A DNA stretch of 61,717 nt, counting the filler, from Pirum gemmata (taxonomy: Eukaryota): assembly GCA_002812295.1 (NCBI GenBank). It is 17 parts of 17 records of this genome, joined end to end, with 100 filler letters (N's around TTAATTAATTAA, not from the genome) between each part and the next. Parts side by side here need not be neighbours in the genome. Positions count along the whole stretch, not along the records: positions 50,848 to 54,815 come from PDIN01002765.1; positions 54,916 to 58,251 come from PDIN01002766.1; positions 58,352 to 61,717 come from PDIN01002767.1; 14 more parts are not named here. The stretch is one strand, 5' to 3'. Made by a program: the position numbers and the translations under genes. Numbering within the stretch: the stretch's first letter is position 1; the number at the start of each line of letters is the position of its first letter. The notes beneath the pieces are model-generated. The model made no database searches and was not told where the DNA came from. It was given only the letters and a program-made list of their open reading frames with translations. Below, in pieces: positions 50,855 through 61,717 of this stretch.

Positions 50855-51188
50855 CATACACACACATATACACACATGTACATATATAGATATATAACTA
50901 CGTGGGAATATATGAAACCACAATAGAATTATAATAGAATATATGTAAATAAATTTAAACTTGAAAGTTAAAAAACCTAGAAGAAGTGGGGGTATATATA
51001 TATATATATATACATCACTATGAACAACACAACACAATGATGCATCACATACACACACATATATACACATATACATATATAGATATATAACTATGTGGGA
51101 ATATATAGAACCACAACAGAATTATAATAGAATATGTAAATAAATTTAAACTTTAAAGTTAAAAAACCTAGAAGAAGTGGAGGTATAG
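50855..51188 (+). repeat. Direct duplication of ~140 bp (2 copies)
   Basis: TATATAGATATATAACTAYGTGGGAATATA..AAAGTTAAAAAACCTAGAAGAAGTGG occurs near 50883 and 51076. Confidence 0.88.
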
Positions 51189-51478
51189 ACAAACTTTGAA
51201 TTTTAGTTGGTAGTTTGAAATTCAAATGGGTTAAAGTTTTGATCATTTTTTCATCCAATCCACAGCCCTATATAAATATAAACGCAATTATTTTTATCAA
51301 AAAAAAGAAAATAATAATAAACAAGAATAAGCAATATAATAACTTTTTACTTAATAACCATAACAGAAACAGTAACATATACAAAAAGAACAATGCTAAA
51401 TTTAGAAAGTGTATTACTATATCTATAGTTTAAAGAAGAATATGGTTAAGGTTAGGGTTAGGGGATAAGTATACTAAC

Positions 51479-52177
51479 TTCAAAAGTTTCAGCTGAGAAA
51501 ATACTTTCGTTTTCTTTGTCCATTTCCTTGCTGTCTTTGTTTTCTGGCTGCTTCTTGTTTGTGAGCGCTTTGTCATTTCCCAATTTTTCAAAATCGAAAA
51601 ACAACGGTGTATTAATCTCAAAGTTTTTCATTTTATTGTTCTTTTGAGATGTCAAAGTTTTTTTATTATTACCTTTTGCTGGTGTTGTGGTTTCATTGCT
51701 ACAAATTTTGTTAACATTTTTTTTGTCTTCTTTAGTATTGTTAGCATTATCACTATTATTCTGTATACTATTATTTTTTTCATTATTATTCATGTTACTA
51801 TGGTTTTTGGTAGTATCGTTTTCTTTGTGTTTTTGTAGGCGTTTGGCCTGTGGATGCTCATTTGTATCATTTCTTTCTCTTTTTCTTGGTGTTGGAGATG
51901 TTGTAGAGGTAGTAGGTGTAGTTTTGTTATTTTTATCTTTTTGTATAATGGTTTCATTTTTTTGTTTTGAGGCTTGTGTTGATGAAGATGAGGAGTTTGA
52001 TTTTTGTTGTAAATTTTTGGTTGTTTCTATTAATTGAATTTCTTCCCTTTTTTCCAATTTATTTTTAGCTTTTCTTTTATCTCGACTTTGTTTTAACCTT
52101 TGCTGTTTCGTTTTTTTTTTTTTACTTGCATCGTAAACTTTAACAGGGCCACTCCCTGCAACAAAATTAATATCCAT
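51479..52177 (-). CDS. First exon of a basic low-complexity, probably nuclear protein of unknown family
   Basis: ATG-started 233-codon frame with NLS-like KKKKTK and PRKRER. Probable donor GTTAGT at 51478. Confidence 0.7.
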
Positions 52178-52785
52178 AACTGGAAATCACTAAAAAATGA
52201 AAATCCTAATGCTAAATTATAATGGTAATGGGGTGAGAATGGATAATCGTTTTTAAACTATCAACAATGATAAAAAATAACAAATGAAAGTTTGTTTACA
52301 AAGTAAATATATCGATATTTGTGGGAGACTTTGTTGTATAGGAAAAACAAGAAAACACAATGTTAGTATATTTTTTTATAGCTAGTCTAGACTCTAGCTA
52401 GAGCCTAGCTAGTAGTAGCTATCGATACTACTAGTAGTAGTAGCTAGCTAGTCTAGCTAGCTAGCTTAGACCCTTACCAGTTCTTAGGCTTTGGTGTATC
52501 CAAATTACAGAATGCGGGAAAATGCGAAAAATTCTTATCAGTTTGATACTTATTCGAACTTCAAATCTTGATATTTTTCTTTCCATGCAGTATAAACCAG
52601 GTAGAAATAGTCGAGTTCAATTTTTCGTTTTTTTCCGCACCTGGCAAATAAATCTTTTTTTCGCAAACACATGGTTCAGGAATCAGGATAAATGGAGTAT
52701 AAAAATTTAATTTATTTTTTTAAATGGCCAGTTTACAATAACAGGTAAAAAAGCCAGAATAGCAGAATTGACTATCATGGCTATT

Positions 52786-53660
52786 CAGAGCGGTTCGTTC
52801 CGACGAATAATCAAATCCGATTCCGTCCGTCCGACTTGCTCTGTTCTCCGATCCGTCCGAATGTTTTTCAATCCGACAAAAAAATTTTCGGATCCGTCCG
52901 ACTTTTCCGAGGGTCAGTCGGATCCGTCCGAAACCCCAAAATTTTTTCCGAAGTTATAATGCACTTATATTTCTTTATTTGGTAACAATTTTCCTTTAGT
53001 TAGTATAATTACTTGTAAATAAAAATCAGTACATTTTTTCTCTACTTAGATCATCAAGACTTCATCAAGTTAGATGCCATGATTCATAAATCCACGCAAA
53101 TCTTTACCAAGAAAGTCAAAACAGTCACTAGACTTTTTCCAACTGTTTAGAACTATTCTGGAGCTCATACTATTTCTCCTATTACATGTTAAAAATTCTA
53201 AAATAGAATTAACTCTTTCTGAGGGGGCAGCAGAAGCGGGAAGTGGCAATACTCTAAAGGCACACGTTGCCAAAAGTGGCCATTTTCTTGCGTGTTTTTT
53301 CCAATATGCAAGGTTGGTCTTACAGTCAAGCCTGGTCCTTCCTCACCGTTACGAGTGATGTTTAACCCTGTTTCCTTCCTACCTGGCCCTTGATTCAATA
53401 CCGTAATAATTGATTCTTCATCATCATTTACTTTACTACTTATAAGCATAGCGTCCAAAATATTTAACCTATCGTATGCTTTTGACTTGTCATACTTTTT
53501 CTTACAATCTTTCGCATGATTTTTTAAAATGGATGTGGAGCTTTTTTTCTCTCCTTTTTTTATCATCCAGCAACATATGCAAATTATTATTCCCTCGTCG
53601 CCTTTGTGAGATAACACATACTTTTCCTCTTTACTTTTATTTGCTTTCATCTTGGTAGTT
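52786..53660 (-). mobile_element. Internally deleted hAT DNA transposon (BED finger and C-terminal dimerisation domain)
   Basis: End CAGAGCGG with clustered TCCGTCCGA subterminal repeats (52786-52952). BED-like CICC..SSTSILKNHAKDC. In a shifted frame, LAYWKKHARKWPLLATCAFRVLPLPASAAPSERVNS..NRRNSMS matches the hAT dimerisation motif. The catalytic core is missing. Confidence 0.88.
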
Positions 53661-53713
53661 ATATTGTTAAGAACAATAGCAACACTGTTACTAGAAGTAG
53701 TAGTAGTAGTAGT

Positions 53714-53744
<31 letters not shown>

Positions 53745-53951
53745 GTAGTAGTAGTAGTAGTAGTAGCAGTAATAGTAGTAGTAATAGTAGTAGTAGTAGT
53801 AGTATTCAACCGGTCGGTAGTATCACTACTACGAAGTGATTCTACGTAAAAAACATTATCACTATGATTATTATTATTATTCCTAAAAGTACAACTGTTA
53901 CTGTTACTGTTACTATTACTACTGCTACCACCACCACCACCACCACCATAA

Positions 53952-53987
<36 letters not shown>

Positions 53988-54712
53988 TATTATTGTTATT
54001 GTTATTGTTATCATCATCATCATTATTATTATTGTCTTTATTATTACCCCAAAACGTTGAAAGAAGATTTTTATTAGTACTATTACCTGCTACCGTAGTA
54101 ACTTTGGAGTATACAGCCCCTTTGTTCTTTAGTTTAAATGTATCATATGCTTTTTTGTTAATATTGAAAGCATAAAACGTGTTCCAGACGATCGAATTTT
54201 TATGTACTTTTCTANTAAAAAGAGTTTATTATACTATTTATAGTAACTTTAGGCAAATTTCTGGAAGTTCGCCGGTCCGAGCATCCAATTAGTAAGATGA
54301 CGTCATCTCATCCCTACTTATATAATACTGATCGTATTTATATGATATTATTTTTTTTAAATATTATATAGAACTTTTCAGTTGTTTTGTCATACTTTGT
54401 CATCATAAAATATACAATAAATAGTAACAAATGTTTACAATACAAATCCATTTAATTTAATGTGGTATATTTTATTATCTATTTATTGATTTAAAAGTGT
54501 CAATTTAAAGACTATAACACTCCAAATAAACATTTAGAGTGACAAAGTAAATGAAAAGCATGATATAATATATACATTATGATATTATTACTAGTGATAT
54601 AACTGAGTTATAACTGATAAATATCAAGTTATTTTATGGTTATTTTCTGGTTATTTTATTATCATATTAATTTCATATACTACAATAATTATTATATTAC
54701 CAGTATTATAAT

Positions 54713-54815
54713 CAGTGATGTCAGGTCCGACCTTCCTTCTTGTCCGTGTCCGTTCGGTTCGGCCCTTCGTCGGACATGTCCGGTCCGGGTCCGAGAAAAA
54801 AAAAGTCGGACCCCG
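54713..54815 (+). mobile_element. Terminus of a second hAT-like element (CAGTGATG start, GTCCG subterminal repeats), cut by contig end
   Basis: Abrupt GC-rich block with repeated GTCCG/TCGG motifs. Confidence 0.65.
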
Positions 54816-55583
54816 NNNNNNNNNNNNNNNNNNNNNNNNNNNNNNNNNNNNNNNNNNNNTTAATTAATTAANNNNNNNNNNNNNNNNNNNNNNNNNNNNN
54901 NNNNNNNNNNNNNNNGTTAGGGTTAGGGTTAGGGTTAGGGTTAGGTGACAAAATAAATGGAAAAAGGTTAGTATTGACCGCCTTTTCATTTTAATCTCTT
55001 GTATAGGCCATAAGCCTTGTAATGATATCGTTTGGCAAAGATTATGAATTCGATTATGATTTTAGTCACGCCAATTAGTTATAACTATCGGTTATTTTTG
55101 GCTATTTGTATTAGTTAAAAGTTTTTATTTATAGATTAAGGTTACGGTTAGGGTTTGGGTCAGGGCTAGGGTTTGGGTTTGGGCTTGGGTTAGGGCTAGG
55201 GTTTGGGTTTGGGCTTGGGTTAGGACTAGGGTTCGGGTTAGAACTAGGGTTAGGGTTAGGGTTAGGGTTAGGGTTAGGGTTAGGGTTAGGGTTAGGGTTA
55301 GGGCTGGGGTTTGGGTTAGGGTTAAGGTTTGTGTTAGGGCTCGAGTTTGGGTTAAGGCTAGGGTTTGGGTTAGGGTTTGATTTTGGGTTAGAGCTAGGGT
55401 TTGGGTTAGGGCTCGAGTTTGGGTTAGGGCTAGGGTTTGGGTTAGGGTTTGATTTTGGGTTAGTGCTAGGGTTTGGGTTAGAGGGTTTGGGTTTAATTTA
55501 GTGTAAGGGTTAGACTTAGGCTTAGGCTTAGGCTTAGGCTTAGGCTTAGGCTTAGGCTTAGGCTTAGGCTTAGGCTAACATAC

Positions 55584-56692
55584 CGTATACACAACAGTAC
55601 CCCCTCCTTTATTGGTAACAGAACTGGCGTAAGAACCACTAATTTTTGACAAACCAAAATCTGCAACTTTACAAGCGTAACTCTCGGTCACCAGCACATT
55701 ATCTGGCTTTAGATCTAGATGTATAATACCTATTGAGCAATGCAATATAATTAGTGTGATAGTGTTGGTAATGATATGGATTATGGTAAAAATACAAGTG
55801 AAGCCGAAGTTAAACAAACTAAAACACATAGCACTAACAAAAACAATTAGAGTAGGGTTAGGGTTAGGGTTAGGGTTACTATGAATTAATTGTAATTGTA
55901 ATTAAATGATTACAATTAAACAAGGCCATGGTGATAATATCTTAGAAATGTAAATAAGAACAAAAATAATAATAATAATTAATTGTAATTGTAATTAAAT
56001 GATTACAATCAAACAAGGCCATGGTGCTAATCTCTAAAGAAATGTAAATAAGAACAAAAAAATTAATAATAATAAATAATAGAAATAGAAAATAATAAAA
56101 ATAAAGCTAAAATTAAAATAAAAGAAAGAAAGATGTTACAAAACCTGAATAATGTAGATAGTTCATTCCCCTAGCTATATCTAAAATGTATCTGAGTAAA
56201 TTATGCTTCTCAAGATTTTCATTTTTATTATAGATCAAATCTTGTAAACTGCCTTTTCCCACAAATTCAGTAACTGGTCCAAGCAAAAATAAATTTATAT
56301 TTAAGGTGAAGAACAGAATAACAATTCAATGTTAAGAACAGGGGGGGTAGCGTTGGTGTTAGCGTGAGCGTGAGCGTGAGCGTGAGTGCTAGCGTTTGGC
56401 TTCTGTGTTGGTGTTGGTGTTGGCGCTGGCGTTAGGGTTCGGGTTAGGGTTAGGGTTAGGGTTAGGGTTAGGGATTACGATTAGGGTCAGGGTTATTACC
56501 TATGCACATTGGATCTGGTGCTATAGTAGCACCCAAGAATAACACACAGTTGGGATGTCGAACTCTTCTCATGACACTGAGTTCGTGATAAAACTCTGTA
56601 TCATCCTGAACATTAAAGTGTAGCTGTTTAATAGCCACAGGGGTCTCGTGCATTTTACCTTTAAATACAACCCCAAACCCTCCACGACCTAA
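55584..56692 (-). CDS. Tyrosine-kinase-like (TKL/Raf-like) protein kinase, partial; exons 56692-56500, 56273-56145, 55729-55584
   Basis: In-frame splice: LGRGGFGVV..VAIK..RHPNCVLFLGA..VTEFVGKGSL..DIARGMNYLH..IIHLDLKPDN..KVADFGLSK..GT. Confidence 0.93.
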
Positions 56693-56858
56693 CTGCAATG
56701 TATTGATAATCAAAAGATGTAAGAAAATCTTAAATTTGACATAGAGAGAGAGCGTATGTAGCTTTGGCAAAGAAATATAACGTTCATGATAACGTAATAC
56801 CTTTAACTATAGTGAGCATGATTTTGAATATGATCTATGTACTTTCATAGCATTAAAT

Positions 56859-56895
<37 letters not shown>

Positions 56896-58473
56896 TTGAT
56901 GATATCCTTGAGTTAAGTAATGATGATATTAATTATGATGATAAATTTACTAGTGAAAAGGGTTTTAAAGAAAATAAAAAAGGGTTTGTGGTGTTAGGAA
57001 ATAGTAGTCAATCGTTGCCATGTAGTAGAAGCTTGAGTGTTTTTGAAGAAAAAAACATCGAAAATGAATTAGTTTAAATGAATTATAATTCTTACCCTGA
57101 AGGGTTTGTTATTTTGAAATTTATTGGTTTATTTAATTAATTAACTGGTTATTTTTATTGGTGAATTAATTAACTAACCCAAGAAAAATGATTGATTAAT
57201 TAGGTTAGTTCATCGAATTTTTTTTTAAGAACCGAGTTATGAAATTACGCAAAAAAAAAATATTGATCGAGTACAGCTCAAATTTTTTCGAACGTGTGAC
57301 CAAAGCGGCGAACAAGTTCAAAAACAAAGTCTCGAATGAGTGAGAAATAAATTCGAGCAAACGAGTGATATATATTTATTCTATTTATATATATATATTA
57401 TATTTGGTGCAGTCCTCTCGATTCTTTATAAAAAAAAAAGAGACAAGTAACACCTCGAGCAAGTAACAGTTCTTGATTTTTACTAACTTCGCTTAAATAC
57501 CCATTCATTAGTTTCAAATCAGTGAAAATAACTTTTTTAAAAAAAATAACCCAATTATAATTCGAAAATGGGTTATTTAACTGTTCTCGGCATAAAAAAA
57601 ATGTGAGAGGGGTACATCTTTTAATTTAATGATAAAAGTTGGCCAATAATATTAACTATAAAATCTGTGGTTTTAAAACATGACTTTTTATTAAGTGATA
57701 AATAATAATAAAATTTATATTACAGTATCATCATTAAAATATATAATTACTATTATCATTGTTTATTTTTATCAGTATTACTATTATTATTAATACTGTT
57801 ATATAATGTAGAATTTATTGTAGTTAAATTCGGTTGCGGTTGCGGTTGCGGTTAGGATTGAGTTGGTATTGGGGTTAGGGTTAACGAAGTGGTAAATAAT
57901 ATGATAATAAAATAAATATATGGATTATAATAACAATTCAAATTTTATTGTAGTTAAAATTGCTTAAGGTTAGCGTTGGCGTTGGCGTTGCTAGGTTGAT
58001 TAAGTGAGAAATAATAAAATAAACGAATTACAAAAAATATAAAATGTATATTTTTATTGTAGTTAAATTTTGGTTAGGGTTAGGGTTAGGGTTAGTACTA
58101 AGTGTTAGCGTTAACGTTAGGTTTACTAAGTGGCAAATAATAATAAAATAATATGAATTACAATAACACAATGGAAATTTTTTTATAGCCGTTTTGGCAA
58201 CTTTTTTTTTTCGTCATTTTTGTCATTTTTGATCAAAAATAAAAAAATGGTNNNNNNNNNNNNNNNNNNNNNNNNNNNNNNNNNNNNNNNNNNNNTTAAT
58301 TAATTAANNNNNNNNNNNNNNNNNNNNNNNNNNNNNNNNNNNNNNNNNNNNAAGAAAATTGAATGAAATATACTATATAAATATAAATCAAAACAACAAA
58401 AAGACAGAGGCAATGTGAATATAAAACATTTCACAGAATACAAACAAATTAAAAAAAGAAAAAAAAAAAAAAC

Positions 58474-60789
58474 CTTCACTTTGAGCATTCAAAGTTTTCA
58501 AAGAATTTATCTCTTCAACATAATCGGCTTGCTGGTCTAACAATTTTTTTACATCGTCATTATTTCCACTTTGTAATTGAGTAATAAGAGTTTGTTGCTG
58601 TTCCAATTGTGTGGTGTGTTCGTCATTCAAATTAGTAATCTGGTCTTGTAAGGAAGCAATCTGTGCGGTTAAAACTGTTATTTTTTGCGATTCGGTATCT
58701 TGTCCACTTTCCAATTGCTGTATAAGGCTTTGTTTTTCTTGAAGTTGCCTCTCGTATTGTTCGGTAAGGCCAGCAGTTTTGCTCTCCATTTCACTATTTA
58801 ATGTAATAAGCTGATTTTGTAAAACGGTAATCTGTTCAGTCAAAGCTGTTTGCTGGACATTCAGTTTTTGAGCTTCATCTTGTCCACTTTGTAGTTGAGC
58901 AATGACATTTTGTTTCTCTTTGAGTTGTTTTTCGTATTTTTCAGTAAGGACACCTGCTTGATTGGTCATTTCACTAGTTAAATTGGCAATCTGACCTTCC
59001 AAAACCGCAATTTGACTGGTAAAAAGAGCTTTCTGCTCGGTTATATTTTTAACTTCGTCATCTTTTCCGTTTTGTAATTGTTGTAAAGTGATTTCCTTTT
59101 CTCGAAGTTGTTTTTCGTATTGCTCGGTTACAGAACCCACTTTAGTTTCCATTTCAATTGCTAAACTAGCCACTTGACTCTCTAAGGCCGTTATCTGATC
59201 GGTGTAAGCTTCTTTCTGAGTTAAAAGCTTTTTCATTTCGTCATTTTCTCCACTTTGAAATTGATTAATGATGTTTTGTTTTTCTTCAAGTTGCTCTGTT
59301 AGAGACGTTGTTTTACTGGTCAGTTCGTCAGACAAAGAAGTAACCTGGCTTTGTAGAGAAGTAATCTGCTCAATGTAAGTAGCTTTCTCGGCTATCAAAT
59401 TCCGAGTTTCGTCGTTTTGCCCATTTTGCAATTGGGTCATCATGCGTTCCTTCTCTTCCATTTCCCTTTGGTGTTGTTCAGTAAGGGCAGTGGTTTTACT
59501 TTCCATTTCGCTGTTTAAACTAGCAATTTGATTATCTAAAGTAGAAATTTGTTCCAACTGTTTCGCATGTTCGTCGTTTAAGTTGGTGATTTGACCTTGC
59601 AAAGATGCAATCTGATCTGTTAAAACTGTCTGTTTTTGTGACTCATTATCTTGGCCACTTTCTAATTGTTCTATAAGACTTTGTTTTTCTTGAAGTTGTT
59701 CCGTAAGGTTGGCAATTTTACTCTCCATTTCACCATTCACACTAACAAGTTGATTTTGTAAAGAGGTTACTTGTTCCGTAAAAGAATTTAATTTTTGAGC
59801 TTCATCATTTTGCCCACTTTGCAATTGAACAATAGAAAGTTGCTGTTTTTCCAACTCTACTTTGTGTTGTTGCATTTTGGTTTCCATTTCCTGTACGTGG
59901 CTATCCTTAAGCTGCTGGATTTTGTCCTTGGCCATCTTAACAAGGTCTTTTTTACTTTGAACTTCGGTTTCCACTTCATCTTTCAAAGTTGAAATTTCTT
60001 GCTCTTTCTCATCTTTCAAAGAAATTAGTTCATTTTGCAGGGCAATAACTTTTTCGACGCTATATAAAGGAAGGGAAAGGTCAGAAAATTTCCATTATTA
60101 ATATTAATATTACTATTACTATTACCTATTACCTATTACTATTACTATTACTATTACTATTACTATTACTATTACTATTACTATTACTATTACTATTACT
60201 ATTACTATTACTATTACTATTACTAGTACTATTACCATTACTATTACTTCTATTAATATTAATATTAATATTAATATTACTACTGTTCCTATCACTACCA
60301 ATATTATTATTAATATTAATTTTACAGTTACTAGTAATACTAATATTCTTATTCTTGTTCTTAATCCTATTGCTATTCCCATTACTGCCACTAAAAAAAA
60401 AATAAAAAACAAAAACAAAATGTATAATAATTTCCCCTTTGTTTTAAAAGTAGTGGTGATTTTAATTTTGTTACCTCGATTGCTGTTGGTCCAATATACT
60501 TTTAACTTTATCATCATTTCTGCTCTCTAATTCATCGATGAGGTTTTGTTTTTCAGCTAGTAGTTCCTCATGCTGTTTTTGTAATTGAGCTAATTTAATG
60601 GTTTCATTTTCTTGGTGTTGATTGATGTTAGCTTTGGCCTTGTTGGTGATGTCTTTAACTATTTCTCTTTCATTTTCCAGTTCCTATTGTAATTTTGGGG
60701 TTTAGTGTAATTGTTAATATTTAGGCAAAAAAGTGTGTGTGTGTGTGTCTGGGTGTGGGTCTGGGTTTGTCTGGGTGTGGGTCTGGGTT

Positions 60790-60855
<66 letters not shown>

Positions 60856-60980
60856 TGTGTCTGTGTCTGTGTCTGTGTCTGTGTCTGTGTCTGTGTCTGT
60901 GTGTGTGCGTGTGTGTTTGTGTGTGTTTATGTGTTTGTGTCTGTCTGTTTGTCTGTCTGTCTGTGTCTACCTGCCTGTGT

Positions 60981-61020
<40 letters not shown>

Positions 61021-61655
61021 ATACATATAATATCTTAAAAATAGTAAAAATCTTAGATCTTACAAACATCTTTAAATATCAAAAAAATTTAATAATTCAA
61101 AATCTGCTGCGTGGATGCTTTACTTTATATTGGATATTATTAATCCTTAAAAATTTTAAACCTCCTTCAACAAAAAAATCGAAAAATTAAAAAATTAAAA
61201 ATTGCCAAAACCAAAATCTTTAAAAAAAGCAGTAAAAAACTTGAAATCTAAAAAAAAATAATTAAAAACTTTTTTATATTTTGCTTTTCATTTTAAATAA
61301 TGTCATTCCTTTTTTTAATATATATATATATATATTACCTCTTGTAATTTAATGACTGTGGTTTCTTTTTCAGTTTGTAAACTTGATAATTGATTTTCTA
61401 ATGAACTAATTCTCTCTACTTGCTCTTGTTGTTTATTAAACATTTCATTAGCTTCACTGCTTTTCCCATTTTGTAATTCAGTGATCGCAGCTTCTTTTAG
61501 TTGAAGTTGCTGTTTATATTCTTCTAACTCTGATGTTTTGGTAGCAGATACACTCTGTAACTCACTCAGATCAGCTTCTTTTTGTTCAAGTTTTTGTTTA
61601 AATTCATCTAATTCTGAATTTTTTGATGCAGTTACTTGTTGAATTTTGGCTTTAG
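58474..61655 (-). CDS. Long Gln/Glu-rich coiled-coil protein with internal repeats, partial; exons 61655-61339, 60683-60475, 60059-58474
   Basis: GT-AG exons join in frame. Heptad pattern with a recurring QL(Q/E)(S/N)G(Q/E/K/N)xDE motif. Confidence 0.85.
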
Positions 61656-61717
61656 CTACATATTACAGCACAGTATATTAAATAAATATAAATAAATAAA
61701 TAATGAATATATAATAA

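Overview
This window is not one locus. It is about 17 short contigs or scaffolds (mostly ~3.3 kb) from a very AT-rich, microsatellite-laden eukaryotic draft genome. They are joined by artificial 100-bp linkers (N44-TTAATTAATTAA-N44), so adjacency across linkers carries no synteny information. Genes use the standard code and GT-AG introns. The Tim44 sequence looks animal-like, which suggests an opisthokont, possibly a unicellular holozoan (inference only). Recognisable genes or gene parts, several found only by hand-splicing: TIM44 (6 exons), repeated NDC80-like exons, a DH-PH RhoGEF last exon, an AKR7-type aldo-keto reductase with a decayed 3' duplicate, a BRCA2-like giant BRC exon, a secreted CVNH-like + beta/gamma-crystallin-like protein, an Arf-like probable pseudo-GTPase with an EETKA tail, an XLF-like first exon, a class 3 lipase, a TKL kinase and a long coiled-coil protein. 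Non-coding DNA holds several MITE families (TA, TAA/TTA and TTAA target sites), an internally deleted hAT transposon, a scrambled Ty3/gypsy relic with a 200-bp inverted repeat, several 170-320 bp tandem arrays and abundant hexamer or telomere-like repeats. No CRISPR array, rRNA or tRNA is supportable, and I cannot claim a clearly new system. The best leads are the alternating two-type BRC expansion, the retroelement hairpin, the pseudo-GTPase, the possible horizontally acquired lectin and the strand-biased intronic CCCTAA repeats. All homology calls come from motif recognition by eye, not database searches.
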